Positions 29,045-33,717 of a stretch of DNA of 33,717 bases are shown piece after piece (positions within the stretch are counted from its first letter, which is position 1; each line of letters begins with the position of its first letter). Source of the DNA: an uncultured Methanosarcinales archaeon (GTDB taxonomy: Archaea; Nanobdellota; Nanobdellia; Woesearchaeales; JABMPP01); the NCBI GenBank assembly GCA_964604995.1, contig CAZSAD010000018.1, positions 1 to 33,717 of the forward strand, written 5' to 3'. The position numbers were made by a program, and so were the translations under genes. The notes under the pieces are model-generated. The model saw nothing but the letters and a program-made list of their open reading frames with translations, searched no databases and was not told where the DNA came from.

Positions 29045-30121
29045 ATGATTAAAATTTCAAGCGAGGAAATTATTCGTAAAATCCAAGAGGAAACAAAACT
29101 TTCTAAGCAAGATATTGAGAAAAAAATTGACAATAAAATGAACCAGTTATCTGGCCTTATTTCTAAAGAGGGAGCAGCACATATAATTGCAAATGAACTT
29201 GGTATCAAACTTGTTGAAACTATGCCAACTCAAGGTCCACTGCAAATAAAAGGAATACTTTCTGGAATGAGAAGTGTTGATACATTTGGAAGAGTATTAC
29301 AAATATATGAAACTAGAAATTTTAATGTTAATGGCAGAGAAGGAAAAGTTGCAAGTTTTCTTATTGGCGATGAAACTGGAAATATAAGGGTAGTTTTATG
29401 GAATGATCAAGTTGCAAATTTACAAAATGTTAGAGAAGGACAAATTGTAAAGTTAGCAAATGCTTATGCAAAAGATAATAACGGCAGAAAAGAGTTGCAT
29501 CTAAATAACAAAAGCAGCTTTACAATAGACCCACAAGGAGTTGTAATTGGTGAAACAAAAGCTGCAGTGCAAAGAATGCCAGCCACAAGAAAAAGCATAA
29601 GAGATCTTGCTGAAAAAGATGAAAATGTTGAAATACTTGGAACAATTGTACAAGCGTTTAATTTAAGATTCTTTGAAATATGCCCGCATTGTAACAGACG
29701 CGCAAAACCAAGAGGAGATGATGGGTTTTATTGTGATGAACATGCAAAAGTAAATCCAATTTATTCATATGTTATGAATGTAGTTTTAGATGATGGATCT
29801 GAAACTATTCGAATAGTATTATTCAGAAATCAAGTTGACAGATTAATTAAAAAAAGCGAGAGTGAAGTTTTAAAATTTAAGGATAGTCCTGATGAATTTG
29901 AATCAGTAAAAAATGATCTTATTGGTAATATGGCAAAACTTGTTGGAAGAGTAAATAAAAATGAGATGTTTGATAGATTAGAATTTGTCTCAAGTCTTGT
30001 TTATACTGATGTAAAACCCGAAGATGAGATTAAAAGATTAGAAAAAGATACAAATGTAAGTATTGATGCATCATTGCCAAAAGAGCAAACTGAGAAAATA
30101 ATGAATATTGAAGATTTGTAA
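29045..30121 (+). CDS. rpa: archaeal replication protein A (OB folds + zinc ribbon)
   Basis: N-terminal GLISKEGAAHIIANELG, OB fold GKVASFLIGDETGNIRVVLW, CPHC...CDEH zinc ribbon, and LDDGSETIRIVLF. Confidence 0.9.
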   Translation: MIKISSEEIIRKIQEETKLSKQDIEKKIDNKMNQLSGLISKEGAAHIIANELGIKLVETMPTQGPLQIKGILSGMRSVDTFGRVLQIYETRNFNVNGREGKVASFLIGDETGNIRVVLWNDQVANLQNVREGQIVKLANAYAKDNNGRKELHLNNKSSFTIDPQGVVIGETKAAVQRMPATRKSIRDLAEKDENVEILGTIVQAFNLRFFEICPHCNRRAKPRGDDGFYCDEHAKVNPIYSYVMNVVLDDGSETIRIVLFRNQVDRLIKKSESEVLKFKDSPDEFESVKNDLIGNMAKLVGRVNKNEMFDRLEFVSSLVYTDVKPEDEIKRLEKDTNVSIDASLPKEQTEKIMNIEDL

Positions 30122-30165
30122 TTTATATAAATTTTTTATTCTATTTTTATTTTGTTAAGAGTATT

Positions 30166-30609
30166 TTATTGATAGTTAGTGATTTTATCAAATACTATTC
30201 TCAATTGATCTTTTACATCTTCAGGAATGGGTTTTTGTTCTATTTCTTCTTTTGTAATCCACAAAAAATTATTTAATTCTCTATTTATTTTTAGTTTTTC
30301 TGGATTTAGTGCTTTTGCTAGATAGTAGAATGAGCAATGATCATGGTCGCCAACATTATGAACATTCACATGAAAAGGAATTGCTAAAATACTTATTGTA
30401 TTACCTTTAATTGGCATTTGTGGAATATTTAAAAGTTCAACTTCTAAACCTACTTCTTCTCTGATTTCGCGAAGTATTGCATCATCTGAACTTTCATTAT
30501 CTTCAACATGACCACCAACTGGAAGCCATTTGTCTAGTTTTTTATGATGTATCAATAGAACTTTATCTTTATCAAAGATATAAGCTGAAACTACTAGTTG
30601 TGTTCTCAT
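30166..30609 (-). CDS. NUDIX hydrolase
   Basis: Nudix box GGHVEDNESSDDAILREIREEVGL, plus HHKKLDKWLP. Confidence 0.92.
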   Translation of the reverse strand: MRTQLVVSAYIFDKDKVLLIHHKKLDKWLPVGGHVEDNESSDDAILREIREEVGLEVELLNIPQMPIKGNTISILAIPFHVNVHNVGDHDHCSFYYLAKALNPEKLKINRELNNFLWITKEEIEQKPIPEDVKDQLRIVFDKITNYQ

Positions 30610-30652
30610 ACTATTTGAAATTTTATCTGTGTATAAAAAGGTTAGTTAAAAA

Positions 30653-31096
30653 TTAGAGTAGCATCTTTAGTATTTTAGGAGAAAACATTTTTGTAAATTC
30701 CACAACTTTATGTGCATATTCTTTGTCTATATTTTTACCATAATATAAAATCCCATTCCTGAAATATCTTATCTGATCAACAAACAAAACTTCTCTTTCA
30801 TTAAAATTTAAAATACGCATATAAGAGGCTTCTGATTCGTGAGCGCCAAATCCTGAAGCATTATAGCCATCAAGCAGCATTTTTGCTCTTAGAAGCTGCA
30901 TTAGGATATCATAACAAAATTTTACAAATAAACTTGCATTACTATCTTTTATTTTTAGATTTAAAATCATTTCTTCTAGATTGACTAAATCTTTTTGTGA
31001 TTCTTTTATTAAAAAATTTGCTCTTGAAGTATCGATGCTTTGCTTTTTTACTGTTCCTTGTTTTAGAAATTTTTGAAAATCTTTTATTGCACTCAT
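30653..31096 (-). CDS. HEPN-domain protein (putative toxin)
   Basis: All-helical; CYDIL...RAKMLLDGY...AHE and RYFRNGILYYG motifs. ATGA overlap with the upstream MNT gene. Confidence 0.75.
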   Translation of the reverse strand: MSAIKDFQKFLKQGTVKKQSIDTSRANFLIKESQKDLVNLEEMILNLKIKDSNASLFVKFCYDILMQLLRAKMLLDGYNASGFGAHESEASYMRILNFNEREVLFVDQIRYFRNGILYYGKNIDKEYAHKVVEFTKMFSPKILKMLL

Positions 31097-31635
31097 AATT
31101 CCACTGAACCGGCTAAAATTATGCCGTTGCAGAGGTTCTCTTTAAGATTTATATGTATGTCCCTAAAAGATCCGTAAAAGTTTCGGTTGATTTTTCTATT
31201 CAGGATAACTTCAAAATTTTCAAGACCTAGTTTTTTTTCTTTTCTTCCGATGATTGCAATATCAATATCTGAATTTGTTGTATCTTCTCCTCTTGAATAG
31301 CTACCAAATAGGATTATTGTTGCACCAGGATAATTATCCTCAAGAAAATTTGCAAGATTGGATTCATAGATAAGTTTTAGATTGTCGGCTCTTTTTAACT
31401 GAATAACTTTTTTACTTTGCCTGTTTATTTTTATTGATAATCTTTTTGATTCTTTATCTTTGGATAATTCTATAAAATCTTTAAGACCAAGAAGAGCTTT
31501 TTTCACAGCAGGAGGAGTTACTTTTAGGATTTTTGATATCCTATTTTGATTAATTGTTTCTCCTGCTCTAATGAAAAGAAGCCTTAGTATCTCTTGCTGA
31601 AGTTTAGTTAGATGAACTTTATTTATATTTACCAT
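31093..31635 (-). CDS. wHTH-fused minimal nucleotidyltransferase (MNT antitoxin)
   Basis: LFGSYSRGEDTTNSDIDIAII (GSx10DxD). N-terminal HTH INQNRISKILKVTPPAVKKAL. Confidence 0.9.
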   Translation of the reverse strand: MVNINKVHLTKLQQEILRLLFIRAGETINQNRISKILKVTPPAVKKALLGLKDFIELSKDKESKRLSIKINRQSKKVIQLKRADNLKLIYESNLANFLEDNYPGATIILFGSYSRGEDTTNSDIDIAIIGRKEKKLGLENFEVILNRKINRNFYGSFRDIHINLKENLCNGIILAGSVEL

Positions 31636-31665
31636 AGTTAATAGATATTAACTTAAGTATATAAA
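31636..31665 (-). promoter_or_regulatory. TATA box and palindromic operator of the MNT-HEPN operon
   Basis: AGTTAATA-GA-TATTAACT (31636-31653) abuts the ATG. TTTATATA on the minus strand at 31658-31665. Confidence 0.7.
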
Positions 31666-31746
31666 TGTTTGTGAAGAAGAAAAAAGTATTAAATGTTAAT
31701 GGGAAAAGAAAAAAGTTAAATAGATTTAAAGAATTGAAATATTAGA

Positions 31747-32244
31747 ATGTCAGAAAACAGACCAATATCTTGGGGATATGTTGTAACAATAATATTCGTT
31801 TCTTTGAGTTTAGCTTATACTCTTCTTAAAATTCTTGAAATTAGTATCATCAATACTATCATTTATGGAATAATCATTTTTTTAATATTACATTTAATAT
31901 TTGGAAATTTTTCTTGGAATCAAGATATAACAACTAAAACAAAGCCAAAAAAAATCGAAGATAAAATAGAAAATCAAGGTTATAAACCCTTACCATCTTG
32001 GCAATCAGATAAAAATATATCAAAAGGAAAAATAAAAAAATATATTTGTGATTATTGTAATGTGAAAATTAAAGATTATGGGAACTCTTATTTTTGCCAT
32101 TATTGTAAAAGGGAATTTTGTTCAAAACATAGACAAGCAGAATTACACCATTGCTCAAAAAAATTAAACTCTATTCCCGCTCCACTTAGAGAGTCACATA
32201 CAAGAGAGGGATATGTTGCAGATAGTGGGCATCATGATTACTAA
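31747..32244 (+). CDS. two-TM membrane protein with C-terminal AN1-like zinc finger
   Basis: Two hydrophobic helices, then CDYC-x11-CHYC-x4-CSKH-x5-HHC. Confidence 0.78.
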   Translation: MSENRPISWGYVVTIIFVSLSLAYTLLKILEISIINTIIYGIIIFLILHLIFGNFSWNQDITTKTKPKKIEDKIENQGYKPLPSWQSDKNISKGKIKKYICDYCNVKIKDYGNSYFCHYCKREFCSKHRQAELHHCSKKLNSIPAPLRESHTREGYVADSGHHDY

Positions 32245-32296
32245 TTTAAAGGTTATAAAATGAGAGATAAAAAAGCCAATAAATAAAATTTACTAG

Positions 32297-32872
32297 TTAT
32301 ACATTCTCAAAAAATCTAACAGCAAAATCACAAAAGTCTACAATTACTTTTTTGTCTAACTTAAATTCTTCTATGTTACCCAAATAATTATGTGAAGTAG
32401 GTGTTATTTTTTCTCCAGCTGCTAATTGTTTATAAGATAAACATTTAATGTGTTTTTTTGAGACAATAATAAAAAATGCATTTTCAAACGGATAATTGTT
32501 GTCGACATTTTCAAAAGAAAATGTTTCGCTAGCATTGAATTTTACTTCTACAAAAAAAACATCTCCATTTTTTGCTTGTACAACAAAATCAGGCATACGA
32601 CGAATCATAGTTGCAACATCAGATCTAACTCCTTTAAGAAGTTTCATAACTCCCGGAACTGTATTTTCCATACCATATCTAAAAACATTATAATCTAAAG
32701 ATAAAAATAATTCTTCAATTAAAGCTTCAGCTATTCGGCCTTTAATCATATTATATCTTTTTTGGGTTTCTTGATGATCACGACAAAGTGGCTGACCATA
32801 ATTATCAATAGAAAAATTAAATTCATTTTCCGAGATTCCTGCTTTACAAATTTTGCAATAATGACTTATCAT
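32297..32872 (-). CDS. PD-(D/E)XK superfamily nuclease with N-terminal Zn-binding module
   Basis: KGRIAEALIE helix, PDFVV and FVEVK motifs. N-terminal CKIC...YGQPLCRDHQ. Confidence 0.78.
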   Translation of the reverse strand: MISHYCKICKAGISENEFNFSIDNYGQPLCRDHQETQKRYNMIKGRIAEALIEELFLSLDYNVFRYGMENTVPGVMKLLKGVRSDVATMIRRMPDFVVQAKNGDVFFVEVKFNASETFSFENVDNNYPFENAFFIIVSKKHIKCLSYKQLAAGEKITPTSHNYLGNIEEFKLDKKVIVDFCDFAVRFFENV

Positions 32873-32966
32873 TAAGACCCCTTAACATTATTTTTATCTT
32901 TGATCTATTTAAACTTTTAGGGTTTAATGCAATATTTTATAAGTAAATAATTATAATTAACTTCTT

Positions 32967-33296
32967 ATGAATACTTCAAAATATATTGATACAAAGAATT
33001 GTGCAAAATGTGCTCAATGCTGCACCTCTTTTCAAATTGGATATTCAAAAAAATCCAGTCCGGATGCACTTTCTGAAGTTGAAAGATTTAAATTGTTAGA
33101 TACAAATTTAGTTGAAGTTACTGAAGATAAAAATGGATATTGGATAGAATTTAAAATTCCATGTAAACATTTGAAAACTAATAATAAAGGATATTATTGT
33201 AAAATATATAATTCTAAAAGACCATTAATTTGTGAGAAATATCCTGGGAAAAATTCAATTGGATGTCCACATAAAAAAATTATTAAAAAGAGATAG
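32967..33296 (+). CDS. YkgJ-like CxxCxxCC cysteine-cluster protein
   Basis: CAKCAQCC...PCKHL...CKIYNSKRPLICEKYP. Confidence 0.85.
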   Translation: MNTSKYIDTKNCAKCAQCCTSFQIGYSKKSSPDALSEVERFKLLDTNLVEVTEDKNGYWIEFKIPCKHLKTNNKGYYCKIYNSKRPLICEKYPGKNSIGCPHKKIIKKR

Positions 33297-33305
33297 TTGA
33301 ATAGC

Positions 33306-33717
33306 ATGCAAAAAAAATATTATGCATACCAAACATTAGATGAAAAAGGAATTACAGATAATTGGGATGATTGCAAAGAAAAAGTTTGGAAAAAGAGTTC
33401 TAGATTTAAAAGTTTTAAAACATTAAATGAAGCTAAAGAATGGTTAGAAGAATCAACAATTTTAACAAAAAATCATAAACTTGAGAAGGGAATTTATTTT
33501 GATGCTGGAACTGGAAGGGGAAATGGCGTCGAAGTTAGTGTAACAGATGAAAAAGGGAAAAATTTATTGTATTTAGTAATTCCGAAAAAAGAAATAAATT
33601 CTTTTGGAAAATTATTGTTGCCAAAAGATAAAACAAATAATTATGGGGAATTACTTGGTTGTTTTTATTCATTAAAAATTGCCATGAAAGAAAATATAAA
33701 GTTGATTTGTGGAGATA
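33306..33717 (+). CDS. rnhA: ribonuclease HI with N-terminal hybrid-binding (caulimovirus viroplasmin-like) domain; 3'-truncated, absent from ORF track
   Basis: Manual translation: MQKKYYAY...GITDNWDDCKEKV...RFKSFKTLNEAKEWL (hybrid-binding domain), then GIYFDAGTGRG...TNNYGELL...ICGD (RNase H D/E/D residues). Open to the window end. Confidence 0.85.
   Translation, partial: MQKKYYAYQTLDEKGITDNWDDCKEKVWKKSSRFKSFKTLNEAKEWLEESTILTKNHKLEKGIYFDAGTGRGNGVEVSVTDEKGKNLLYLVIPKKEINSFGKLLLPKDKTNNYGELLGCFYSLKIAMKENIKLICGD

Overview
A very AT-rich archaeal window, most consistent with a DPANN (Woesearchaeota/Pacearchaeota-like) genome. This is inferred from Hef, an archaeal RPA, a CdpB-like PRC barrel, a class III signal peptide and BRE/TATA promoters that are often leaderless. 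1-16.6 kb is a surface-glycan cluster: two full and one partial GT-C membrane glycosyltransferases, two GT2s, a SAM methyltransferase, a GMC flavo-oxidoreductase plus atypical SDR pair, an AsnB-type amidotransferase, a UDP-uronate epimerase and the rmlABCD dTDP-rhamnose set. An atypical class 2 PyrD-like gene sits inside this cluster. 16.7-22.6 kb holds housekeeping genes: Hef, a Cys-repeat membrane protein, an M50 peptidase, TraB, a PRC barrel and an Lrp regulator. 22.7-28.9 kb encodes a 1858-aa Cys-rich, sequon-rich protein with a pilin-type leader, followed by a small membrane partner. 29-33.7 kb holds RPA and an accessory cluster: NUDIX, wHTH-MNT/HEPN toxin-antitoxin, AN1 zinc-finger membrane protein, PD-(D/E)XK nuclease, CxxCxxCC protein, and a truncated bacterial-type RNase HI that the ORF track misses. 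No tRNA, rRNA, CRISPR array or transposase was seen. Best leads: the giant pilin-like adhesin module, the GMC/SDR lipid-linked sugar epimerase hypothesis, the PyrD with a remodelled active site, and recurring intergenic tandem triplications. All calls come from reading motifs by eye; no searches were run.
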